DNA of 35,670 bases, from positions 52,656,254-52,691,923 of the forward strand of contig NC_057718.1 of NCBI RefSeq assembly GCF_004010195.1, in the 5' to 3' direction. A program made the translations under genes and the position numbers. Source of the DNA: Chiloscyllium plagiosum (lineage: Eukaryota). The notes below the pieces were generated by a model. The model searched no databases. It was not told the DNA's origin and saw only the letters and a list, made by a program, of their open reading frames with translations. Shown here in pieces: positions 23,952-34,600 of the stretch (its first letter is position 1; each line of letters begins with the position of its first letter).

Positions 23952-24349
23952 TAGGAGAAAGTGAGGACTGCTGATGCTGGAGTGCCAGAGTTGAACAATG
24001 TGGTGCTGGAAAAACACAGCAGGCCAGGCATCATCCGAGGAGCAAATTCCTTTCCCCCTCCCTTTTATCTCAGCCCGCAGCCCCAAATTCCTTCCCCCCT
24101 CCCTTTTATCTCAGCCCGCGGCCCCAAATTCCTTCCCCCCACCTTTTATCTCAGCCCGTGGTCCCAAATTCCTTCCCCCTCTACCTTTTATCTCAGCCCG
24201 TGGCCCCAAATTCCTTGCCCCCTACCTTTTATCTCAGCCCGCTTGACACACCAGCCTCATTCCTGAAGAAGGGCTTCTGCCCGAAACGTCAATTCTCCTG
24301 CTCCTTGGATGCTGCCTGGCCTGCTGTGTTTTTCCAGCCCCATATTTTT
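23952..24349. mobile_element. PLE-derived element with inverted ends, internal tandem array and hammerhead core
   Basis: Antisense end 23952-24043, array 24044-24242, sense end with CTGAAGA(24263-24269)-A-GGGC-TTCT-GCCC-GAAA-CGTC. TSD CAACATTCTGTTTAAC at 23936-23951 and 24350-24365. Confidence 0.85.
24044..24242. repeat. ~40-42 bp tandem repeat, 5 copies
   Basis: Unit approx. AAATTCCTTCCCCCCTCCCTTTTATCTCAGCCCGYGGCCCC. Confidence 0.92.
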
Positions 24350-24516
24350 CAACATTCTGTTTAACCTAATTTTGCACCCTCTTCAAAGCCTCCACATCCT
24401 TCCTATGGTATGGTGACCAGAACTACACAGAAGACTCCAAATGTGGCCTAACTAATGTTTTATTCAGCTGCAACATGACTTGCCAACTTTTATACTCAAT
24501 GCCCTGATGGATGAAG

Positions 24517-24651
24517 AATGGGAAAGTGAAGCGCTTATGCTTGAAATATCAACTCTCCTGCTTCCTCAGATGCTGCCTGACCTGCAATGTTTTTCCAGCA
24601 CCACGCTTTTTGACGCTGATTCTCTAGCATCTACAGTACTCACTTTCTCCA
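24517..24651 (+). mobile_element. Older PLE-derived copy with decayed core
   Basis: GTGAAGCGCTTATGCTTGAAATATC...CACTTTCTCC. Imperfect 16-bp TSD GCCCTGA(TG/CT)GATGAAG at 24501-24516 and 24652-24667. Confidence 0.75.
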
Positions 24652-24955
24652 GCCCTGACTGATGAAGGCAAGAATACTTTCCACCTTCTTTACAACCTTA
24701 TCCATCTGTGTTGCCATTTATAGGGAGCTTTTGAATTTGCACTCCAAGTTCCCTCTGTATATCAATGCTCCTAAGGGTTCTGCTATTTACTATACAACTT
24801 TACTCTTGCATTTGACCTGCCACAATCCTTCACCTCACACTTACCCAGGTTAAATTCCATCTGTCATTTCTCCAAATTTCTAATTGATCTATATACTGCT
24901 TTATCCTTTGACAACTGTCTTAATTATCCACAACTCAACCAATTTTCATGTTGTC

Positions 24956-25148
24956 TGCGTCATGATTGTAATACAGTCACCCAGCTGGACATTATCATAG
25001 CCTTGACTGACGTATGAAAAGGGAGGTGTCCGAGATGCTGACACTTTGGTTGCTGATTCTGAATGAGGCAGTACTAAGGTCAAGAACTGTTCATATGTAA
25101 ATAAAAGGTGACTTGGTACTGGATACCAGTCTCTGTGGAGTTATCTCC
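24956..25148 (+). mobile_element. Short solo LTR (family B)
   Basis: TG start, AATAAA near 25100, ends ...GAGTTATCTCC (CA apparently mutated). 5-bp TSD TTGTC at 24951-24955 and 25149-25153. Confidence 0.65.
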
Positions 25149-25155
25149 TTGTCTA

Positions 25156-25780
25156 TGTTATGGACCAGTCCAAACGCCCTCAAAACATGTCAAGGAGATA
25201 GCCTTGACCCTCATGTTTTCGTATTTTAAAAGGCAACTGTCAGGCATTACACTTTGAATACAATTCAATACGTCAAATCACTAAGCTTGAAGCGTAACAC
25301 ACTATTAATACACTATAGTTAAAGTACAGACAATAAAAATAAAATAATTGGCTTAACTGTAACTCTATCAAAATACTTAAAATAATAAACTGCTTATTAA
25401 CTGTTCCAATGTATTAACATCCCATAAGTATACCGTTGGCAAAGGCAAAGTCAGTAAAATATATTGTGGCACATGCAGTTCTAGCAGCAGGAAGAGAACC
25501 CCAGCTTTTAGCTGTAACAGAGAGAGGAAAAACAGCTTCAACATCCAACTTCAAGACCGCAGCAACTAGTGAAAGCTAAAACTAAAAGTCCTGGTTCTGT
25601 GGGAGCTTGCGCCCACCCATTCAGGCTGCTTCTAGCTCTTCCAATTTTAAAAACAAACCCCAAAGCCTCACTAGGTATGTAGTTTATTGGTTTGAAGCAG
25701 ACAGTTCCTCACCTGTGTCTCAATCTCTCATTAAACAAAATCAGGACAAAATACTCTCTTAAAGCCATAGTATCATCACA
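25156..25780 (-). mobile_element. Solo LTR (family A)
   Basis: TGTTAT...ATCACA termini and 4-bp TSD TCTA (25152-25155, 25781-25784). Reverse complement aligns with 19586-20038. Confidence 0.88.
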
Positions 25781-26254
25781 TCTATGACCAAACAAATTTT
25801 GTATCCAAATTCCCAATTCACCCTGTGACTTAATCTACTGGACTAGCCTACCATGAGGGGCCTTGTCAAATGCTTTTGTAAATCCATGTAAACAACATCC
25901 ACTGCCCCACCCTCAATCATTTTCATCACTTCTTCAAAAACCTCAATTAAATTTGTGAGCCAAGACCTTCCCTGCATAAAGCCACATTGACTCCTCCCAA
26001 CAATCCATTCTTTTTCAAATGCGAGTAAATCCTGCTCCTAACAATCTTCTGTAATAATTTCCCTACTACTAGTAGAAAGCTCACTGGCCTATAATTTCCT
26101 TGATTATCCTGTTGCCCTTCTTAAACAAAGGAAAAATATTGCTATTCTCCAAAGTTCTGGGACATCACTTGTGGCTAAAGAGGAAACAAAGACCAGTGTC
26201 AAGGCCAGAGCAATCTCTTTCCTTGCGTCCTTCAGTGTCCTGGGATAGATCCCA

Positions 26255-26590
26255 GGATGGCACGGCGGCACGATGGCACAGTGGTAAGCACTGCTGCCTC
26301 ACGGCGCCAGAGACCCGGGTCAGTTCCTGCCTCAGGCACCTGTCTGTGTGGAGTTTGCACATTGTCCCTGTGTCTGCGTGGGTTTCCTCCGGGTGCTCCG
26401 GATTCCTCCCACAGTTCAAAGATGTGCAGGTTAGGTGAATTGGCCACGCTAAATTGCCTATAGTGTTAGGTGAAAGGGTAAGTGTAGAGGAATGGGTCTG
26501 GGTGGGTTGCTCTTCGGAGGGTCGGTGTGGACTTGTTGGGCCAAAGGACCTGTTTCCACACTCTAGGGAATCTAATCTAATCTAATCTAA
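26255..26590 (+). mobile_element. HE1-type SINE inserted in CR1
   Basis: GGCGGCACGATGGCACAGTGGTAAGCACTGCTGCCTC head, core and (AATCT)n tail. ATCCCA on both flanks. Confidence 0.92.
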
Positions 26591-27158
26591 TCCCATCAGG
26601 TCCTGGGGACTTATCCACCTCAATGTTCATCAACACCCCTCATTCTCAATATCAACATGCCCTAGAATATCAATATACCCCTCCCTAATCTCACCATTAT
26701 CCAGTCCTTCTCCTTGGTGAATACTGATGTGAAGTGGTCATTAAGGTCTTTACCCACTTTCTCTGGCTCCACACATAAGTTCCCTTCTTTATTCTTGAGT
26801 TGACCTATCCTGTCCCTAGCCAGCTTCTTGCAACTCATGTACATATAAGATGTTTTTGGATTCTCCTTAATCGCGCTTGCCAAGAATATGTCATGACCCC
26901 TTTTAGACCTCCTCATTCCTGCTTTTTTTCTGCACCCTTTCTATTCCTCAAGGGCCTTGTCTACTTTCAGTTTTCTAAACCTTACATATGCTTTCTTTGT
27001 CTTTCTGATTAAACTTTCAACATCACTTGTCACCCAGGGTTCTCAAATGTCACCAATCCTTATCTTTCATCCTCACAGGAATACATTGGTCCTGAGCTTT
27101 GGCCAACTGACCTTGAAAATATTCCCTCATGTCAAATGTTGATTTATCCTCAAACACA

Positions 27159-27334
27159 TCCAAAGATGTGCAGGTTAGGCGAATTGGCCATGCTAAATTG
27201 CCCATATTCAGGGGTAGATATAGGGTAGGGGAATGGGTCTGGGTGAGTTACTCTTCAGAAGGTCAGTGTGGACTTGTTGGGCCAAAGGGCTTGTTTCCTT
27301 ACTATAGGAAATCTAACTTAATCTAAATCTAATC
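27159..27334 (+). mobile_element. 5'-truncated HE1-type SINE inserted in CR1
   Basis: TCCAAAGATGTGCAGGTTAGG...GGAAATCTAACTTAATCTAAATCTAATC. Confidence 0.88.
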
Positions 27335-28867
27335 AGATGCTCCCAATCTAACTTATCCAACTCCTGCCTAGTACTATCATGACTGGCCTTCAACCAATTT
27401 AGCATTATCACTCAACAACCAGTCTTATCCTTATCTAAACTATCTTAAATCTTATGGAATTATGATCACTGTCCCCAAAATGCTCTCCCTTTGAAACCTC
27501 GATAACCTGGCCTAGCTCATTCCCCACTGCAAGCTCTGGTATGACACCTTCCCTTTTTTGGACTATCCGCATATTGTTTCAAGAAATAGATGTACTTCAC
27601 AAATTCTCTACCACCCAAACCCCTGGCTCCAAGGGAATCCCAATCAATATTGGGGAAGCTGAAATCACCCATGACAAAAACCTTGTTATTTTTACATCTT
27701 TTCTTTATCTGCTTGCATACCTGTTCCTCTATCTCCTGCTGACTATTGGGAGGCCTATAGTCTCACCCCATCATGATATCTTTTCCCATTGTGCCCTGAT
27801 AGTTTGTCTGGAGCTTCTCCTGTCAAGGAGACATCTCTCCTTAACCAAGAGGTTCAATACAACATTGGAACATCTTCTAGTCCTTGCTTTGCCATATTAT
27901 GTGATCACTGTTTGTTCTTTTAGCTCAAAGATACTTCCTAAACTGCTTCAGTCAAAATGCACATCCTCAGATTTCTTTAAGTCATTTTTCAGGCCTCCAG
28001 CTCAGGCAGGTAGCTACTTAGTACCATGTTCCACACTGCTTGCCTTTGGAACTCACTTCAATGATCAGACAGCATTTTACCTGTACTGAAGGCAACAGAC
28101 ATGAGTTAATCACACAAAGAGATCATCATGCCAATTTTCATATTTTATCAAATATTGGAACCAATATATTTCAGTTTATGGATATTTGAGCATGCCCTGG
28201 TGCTCCCTTAAAACTGACAGAAAATATTCAACACAATACTGGTTGATGTGCCACAGTGTTGCTTGTAAACAAGAATAAAGTTAGCACAGTAAAACAAGTA
28301 ACAATGCAAAGAACTATGCTGTGCAGTAATGAACATGTTTCCAAGCAATTACTGGAGATCAACTGCAAATTTGAGCTTGTAGATAGAGATCATGATGTGC
28401 TGGGAAGAAGATCTTATTAGTAAGATGAGGCAGCAGAAGATTATTCAACATGCCTAGAAAATGAGTAGGCCAAAGAGGGTGACTGCTGTGTCCTTGTTGA
28501 GGCAGAGATGAGGGAAAGTGAGTAATTATGATGAAGAGAGGTAGGAGTGGACTTGGGACCTGCTGAAGGAAAGGGAAAAGCAGTGACAGTTCGGATCAGA
28601 TGGAGGAGACAGGAAAGGTAAAGAGCACAATTTGGCTAAGACACTCGAAGAAGGAAGGAATTACATTTATAGAGTACTTGCCTGCAAATTGGGGGTGGAG
28701 GGTGTGCCTCAGATTGGAGAGGGTGGGAAGGCAGATGTCCAACAGAAGAGGCAGGGTGCAATCTAGTGAGGAAATAGGGCAGCAGCCAAAAAATGGGGGA
28801 GAAGACTGAAGCTCGAGGTGAGGAAAGACTAAAACAGAAGAGTATGTGCGAGGGAAAACAGAGACTG

Positions 28868-29200
28868 GGAAAGAGAAAATTACTGCAGATGCTGGAATGT
28901 GAACTGAAAACAAAAAATGCTAAAGATCACAATGGGGCAGCATTCATGAAGAGAAATTAAGCCAACCCTTCAAGTCTAGAAGTGGAGTGGGCTGGATGGG
29001 TGGCCAGGAAAAGAGAAGACAAAATGGATGTTGGAAAAAGCAAAAAAGGGAGACAGAGAAGTTGCTAGGTGACTAGAGTGGTCCTGTTGAAAGAACAGTA
29101 GGAAAGCAGGGGGAACAGAGTGGGAGAAAAAAGGAAGGGGAGCATAATAGTCAGCAAAAGGGAGGTTCAGAAAGGCAGGTGAAAAATCTACAAAAGGGCA
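28868..29200 (-). mobile_element. Old PLE-like terminal fragment with purine-rich flank
   Basis: AAATTACTGCAGATGCTGGAA...AAATGCT...GGCAGCAT resembles the antisense end of the hammerhead family, followed by G/A-rich sequence. Confidence 0.4.
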
Positions 29201-30915
29201 ACACCGACATAATCTCTATTGTTTCCAGGTTCTCTCATTTAATGTTTGTATTTTAAGCTTGGCTTCTATCTGTGTCTGCATTCCATTTATCCAATCTGTT
29301 TCAAAATACTTCATAATACCGTTCAAAAGAAACCTTTTAAGTGGCAAGGTGAATCAATATAAGACTGTTACTGCACTTATTTCCTTTTTTGGACAATATT
29401 TAGAAGTGTGTAAAGTGCAAAATGGCTGAACCTGCCACAAAACAATATCTCAGCAAGTGCATTTTAATTCTTTGTGTGTTGAGCTCCCCCCATACCAGAT
29501 ATTCGATGGTTAAAAACAATGCTTAATCCTTCAAAATAGTTTAAAAGGAAACAAAGTTCATTTTAGCCAAATTAGATTTTACACCTAATTTGTTAATTTT
29601 TAAGCAATTTGCTCAATAGGTTTTAATAACTAAGTTGTTGGCAGAACGATAGACAAGTTGCTTCAATCTAATTAGATGTGTTTTGTTGCTAAACACCATT
29701 AGATTCCAAAAATGATAACTATAATTCCTAACAAAAAAAGCATACAAATGCCAAAGTAAAAATATGTAAATCCAATCCTTAGACTAATATCAAGACTCCT
29801 GTCCTACAATGCTCTTGCATAATGTATTCTAAGACTTTGGGATTGATGGTTACTTGGTCTATTTAGTTCAGTACACTCCCATAGTTTCATTTGTGGATTA
29901 TACAATTGTCCTCACATACCTGACGTCCAACACTACCCTGGACGCTGAAAAGCAAATAATTCGTTTACTGACTGGCACATCACTTGTTGCAGTGTTCGAA
30001 GAAATGCAGCACTTTATGGTTAAGCACGTTTTTTCCCCCTTCTCTCTCTGCCTTTTGATTTCGATTGTCTTATTAGCTTTCTCACACTACACCTAATGAG
30101 CCATCGCACCTTTCTTGGATTGTAAAAATGCCTGAAGTGAAATCATGACAGGAAATCTAATTACCAATGTACCACAGCAAAACACAGCATGGAAATTATC
30201 AGACAAAAGGACGCTCCAGTTTGATACACTTTTCTTTAAAGAGAAAACGCCACCGATATGCGCCTAACATGCTAATTTCTCTTCTCAGTTTCCTGTCTTC
30301 AGAAGCAGCGGTCGGTTCTCACCTAATGACACTTAGGATCGTTTCCCATATATCATAAAGAGAATAAAATGAATATTAACCCAACCTATAAAATTAAGCA
30401 GCAATTTTTCTTCAGTGATGCAATTTGGATACGCTATATTAGATGGAGAACAGCCAAAATAATACAACTATACACAATTCTGGTCGGGAGTAGGAAAGGA
30501 CAAAAATCCATCCTGTGCTATGGCACAATAAAACTGGTCCTTATGTTTAAACATGCTATCAGAATAGAAATCCGTTTCGACAAAGGCAAGAAATCCCATT
30601 CAATAACCAACTACTTTGATTTTGCAATCATGCTACCAACTAAGCCTCAGATGATAAGATTAAAGGGACTCCAATCACAGAGGAGTAAATAGTCTTGCAC
30701 TCATTATTGGAAAGGGGCTGCAGAGAACGAGAAGGGCTCGGTTTGATTTTAATTGATGTACTGGTGTCTATGGAGTCTGCAAAATGCAAAACACTCAGAC
30801 CCACATCCTAAATCTGCAACCTCCTGCACAATGATGGCTGCTTTTAAACCACTCACCTGGTTCCTTCACTCTTTTCCTGTACGGTGTATTGTGGATGCGC
30901 AAGGATTTGACTCAC

Positions 30916-30961
30916 CGATGAGGACCAAGAACACAAAAGAGGGGGAGATAATATCGGACAT
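30916..30961 (-). CDS. Candidate 46-nt signal-peptide-like first coding exon (MSDIISPSFVFLVLI + phase 1)
   Basis: ATG at 30961, hydrophobic FVFLVLI, phase-1 donor G|GTGAGT. Could instead be a uORF in a UTR exon ending at 30857. Confidence 0.35.
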
Positions 30962-31137
30962 GGGCTGGGGGAAGAGTGGGTGGGCTTTACATCTCTCCAC
31001 GCGGTAAAGCAATGATGTAAGACCTTCTAGGATTGGGGTTTTTTTTTTGTCTACTCGCCAACCTCTTAAAGATTGGGCTTCCCCGCTCCGAGACATGACG
31101 GAGAAAATTCCATCAGTGCACGGCAGGACAACGAAGG

Positions 31138-31175
31138 ACAGACAGACAGACACACACAGACACACACACACAGAC
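31138..31175. repeat. (GACA)n/(CA)n microsatellite
   Basis: Direct reading. Confidence 0.85.
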
Positions 31176-31671
31176 AACGCAAGGAGGATACCTCCACATA
31201 CCTCAGAGAAGCTGCTGGAGCCAGTAACCAGGCTGTGAGACAACGCTGACCTTTCAGACGAATTCCCGTTTTAAAATTTAAAACACACGCGCGCCAAATC
31301 AGTTCCAGCTCCCTTCATCACATCAGTCTCTTTCTGTGCCAAGAGATTGCCATCCCTCTTGCCTCCCGTCAAAACAGCGCTGTCAGATTACAGCGAATCC
31401 CCCGCCTTCTGGAGCCCAGACCCTGCTGAAAGATGACGCATTTTCCCTCTGCAAAGTAAAGGAAATCGAGAAAAAATTGCATCTAAAAAAATTGTCGCAG
31501 CCCTTTTCTCGTTTCAGCGGAAGCAATGAAAAACTCCAACATTCATCTTCCCAAACGCCAAAGCACCGCCCCTCACCTTAGACACACCGCCAAACCCCAA
31601 ACAGCAAAACACCCCGGAATGCCTGGTCTCGATTGGGAAAGATCATCACTGACAAGGCGGCTGCTGCTGGA

Positions 31672-34600
31672 CTGACCATGCTCAGGGTGTCTGACCATGC
31701 TCTGGATGCCTGACCATGCCCTGAATGTCTGACCATGTCCTGGGTGTTTGACCATGCTCTGGGTGTCTGACCATGCCCTGGGTGTCTGACCATGCCCTGG
31801 GTGTCTGACCATGCTCTGGGTGTCTGGCCATGCTCTGGGTGTCTGGCCATGCTCTGAGTGTGTGGCCATGCCCTGGGTGTATGACCATGTCCTGAGCGTC
31901 TGACCATGCCCAGGGTGTCTGACCATGCTCTGGGTGTCTGGCCATGCCCAGGGTGTCTGACCATGCTCTGGGTGTCTGGCCATGCTCTGAGTGTGTGGCC
32001 ATGCCCTGGGTGTATGACCATGCCCTGTGTGTCTGACCATGCCCTGGGTGTCTGACCATGCTCTGGGTGTCTGACCATGCCTTGGGTGTGTGGCCATGCC
32101 CTGGGTGTCTGGCTATGCCCTGAGTGTCTGGCTATGCCTTGTGTGTCTGACCATGCCCTGCGTATCAGGCCATGCCCTAGGTGTGTGGTCATGCCCTGGG
32201 TGTCTGACCATGCCCTGGGTGAGTGGCCATGCCCTGAGTGTCTGACCATGCCCTGGGTGTCTGACCATGCACTGAATGTCTGAACATGCCCTGGGTGTTT
32301 GAGCATGCTCTGGGTGCCTGACCATGCCCTGGGTGTGTGGCCATGCCCTGGGTGTCTGACAATGCCCTGAGTGTCTGACCATGCCCTGGGTGTCTGACCA
32401 TGCACTGCATGTCAGGCCATGCCCTGGATGTGTGGTCATGCTCTGGGAGTCTGACCATGCTCTGGGTGTCTGGCTGTGCCCTGGATATCTGGCCATGCCT
32501 TGAGAGTCTGAACATGCCCTGGTTGCTTGAGCATGCTCTGGGTGTCTCACCATGCCCTGGGTGTGTGGCCATGCCCTGGGTGTCTGACCATGCCCTGGGT
32601 GTCCGGCCATGCCCTGTGTATCTGACCATGCCCTGATTGTCTAGCCATGCCCAAGGGTGTCTGGCGGTGCCCTGGGTGTCTGACCATCCTCTGAGTGTCT
32701 GGCTGGGCCCTGGGTGTCTGACCATGCCCTGAGTGTCTAGTCATGCCCTGGTGTCTGACCATGCCCTGCGTGTGTGACTATGCCCTGTGTGTCTGGCCAT
32801 GCCCTGGGTGTGTGGCCCTGCACTCGGTGTCTGACCATGCCCTGGGTGTCCCGCCATGCCCTGTGTGTCTGACCATGCACTGAGTGTCTAGCCATGCCCA
32901 GGCTATCTGGCTGTGCCCTGGGTGTCTGACCATGCCCTGAGTGTCTAGCCATGCCCTGGGTGCCTGACCATGCTCTGGGTGTCTGGCCATGCCCTGAGTG
33001 TCTGACCATGCCCTGGGTGTCTGGCCATGCCCTGAGTGTTTGACCATGCCCTAGGTGTGTGGCCATGCCCTGAGTGCCTGACCATGCCCTGTGTGTTGGG
33101 CAATGCCCTGGGTGTCTGGCTATGCCTTGGGTGTCTGACCATGCCCTGTCTGTTTGACAATGTCCTGGTTGAGTGGCCATTCCCTGGGTGTGTGACAATG
33201 CCCTGGGTGTCTCACCATGCCCTGAGTGTCTACCCATGCCCTGGGTATCTGGCTATGCCCTGAGTGTCTGGCTATGCCTTGTGTGTCTGACCTTGCCCTG
33301 AGTGTCTGGCCAAGCCCTGGGTGTGTGGCCATGGCCTGGGTGTCTGACCATGCCCTGGGTGTCTGGCCATGCCCTGTGTGTCTGACCATGCTCTGGGTGT
33401 CTGACCGTGCCCTGGGTGTCTGACCATGCGCTGGGTGTCTGGCCATGCCCTGTGTGTCTGACCATGCTCTGGGTGTCTGACCATGCCCTGAGTGTCTGAC
33501 CCAGCCCTGGGTGTCTGGCTGTGCCCTGGGTGTCTGGCTATTCCCTGGGTGTGTGGCCATGCCCTGGGTGTCTGATCATGCCCTGGGTGTCTGACCCAGC
33601 CCTGGGTGTCTGGCTGTGCCCTGGGTGTCTGGCTATTCCCTGGGTGTGTGACCAGGCCTTGGGTGTCTGGCCATGCCCTGGGTGTATGGCCATGCCCTGG
33701 GTATCTGACCATGCCCTGGGTGTCTGGCCATGTCCTGGGTGTGTGGCCATGCCCTGGGTATCTGACCATGCCCTGAGGGTCTGACCATGCTCTGGGTGTC
33801 TGACCATGCCCTGGGTGTCTGACCATGTCCTGAGTGTCTGATCATGCTTTGGGTGTCTGACCATGCCCTGAGTGTCTGACCATGCCCTGGGTGTCTGACC
33901 GTGCCCTGGTTGCCTGGCTGAGCCCTGGATATCTGGCTATTCCCTGGGTGTGTGGCCATGCCCTGGGTGTCTGTTCATGCCCTGGGTGTCTGACCATGTC
34001 CTGAGTGTATGACCATGCCATGGGTGTGTGGCCATGCCTTGAGTGTCTGACCATGCTCTGGGTGTCTGACCATGCACTGGGTGTCTGACCATGCCCTGGG
34101 TGTCTGACCATGTCCTGAGTGTATGACCATGCCATGGGTGTGTGGCCATGCCTTGAGTGTCTGACCATGCCCTGAGTGTCTGACCATGCCCTGGGTGTGT
34201 GGCCATGCTCTGGGTTTCTGACCATGCTCTGGGTGCATGAACATGCCTCATGCCTTGGGTGCCTCACATGCCCTGGGTATCTGACTATGTCCTGGGTGCC
34301 TGAATATGCCCTGGGTATCTGACCATGCCCTGAGTGTCTGTTCATGCTCTGGGTGTCTGACCGTGCCCTGGGTGTCTGACCATGTCCTGAGTGTCTGACC
34401 ATGCTCTGGGTGTCTGACCTTGCTCTGAGTGTCTGGCTGAGCCCTGGGTGTCTGGCCATGCCCTGGGTTTGTGGCGATACCCTGGGTGTCTGATCATGCC
34501 CTGGGTTTCTGACCATGCCCTGAGGGTATGACCATGCCCTGGGTGTGTGGCCATGCCTTGTGTGTCTGACCATGCTCTGGGTGTCTGACCATGCACTGGG

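Larger units (their letters stand above)
23275..27770 (-). mobile_element. Long degenerate CR1 LINE (endonuclease to 3' tail) carrying nested insertions
   Basis: Endonuclease remnants YRPP and VMGDFSFPNIDWD (~27635-27760), IKENPK (~26860), YMDLQKHLTRPL corresponding to frameshifted YMDFxKAFDK (~25860-25890), WIQNL (~25800) and 3' tail at ~23275-23340. Confidence 0.88.
29900..31671 (-). promoter_or_regulatory. CpG-enriched promoter/first-exon region of an unidentified minus-strand gene
   Basis: Free of recognisable transposons and visibly CpG-richer than the rest of the window (e.g. CACGCGCGCC at ~31286). Four consensus minus-strand donors: AAG|GTGAGG (31577), GAG|GTATGT (31202), TCG|GTGAGT (30916), CAG|GTGAGT (30857). 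Confidence 0.55.

Noticed and set aside
19586..25780. Single provirus bounded by the two family A LTRs
   Set aside because: The LTRs are inverted relative to each other and each has its own distinct TSD.
27541..28089. 182-aa plus-strand ORF
   Set aside because: Largely antisense to the CR1 endonuclease remnant, with no recognisable domain.
30866..31243. 125-aa minus-strand ORF as a standalone gene
   Set aside because: Non-ATG start, passes through a microsatellite and several splice donors; better explained as UTR/leader sequence.
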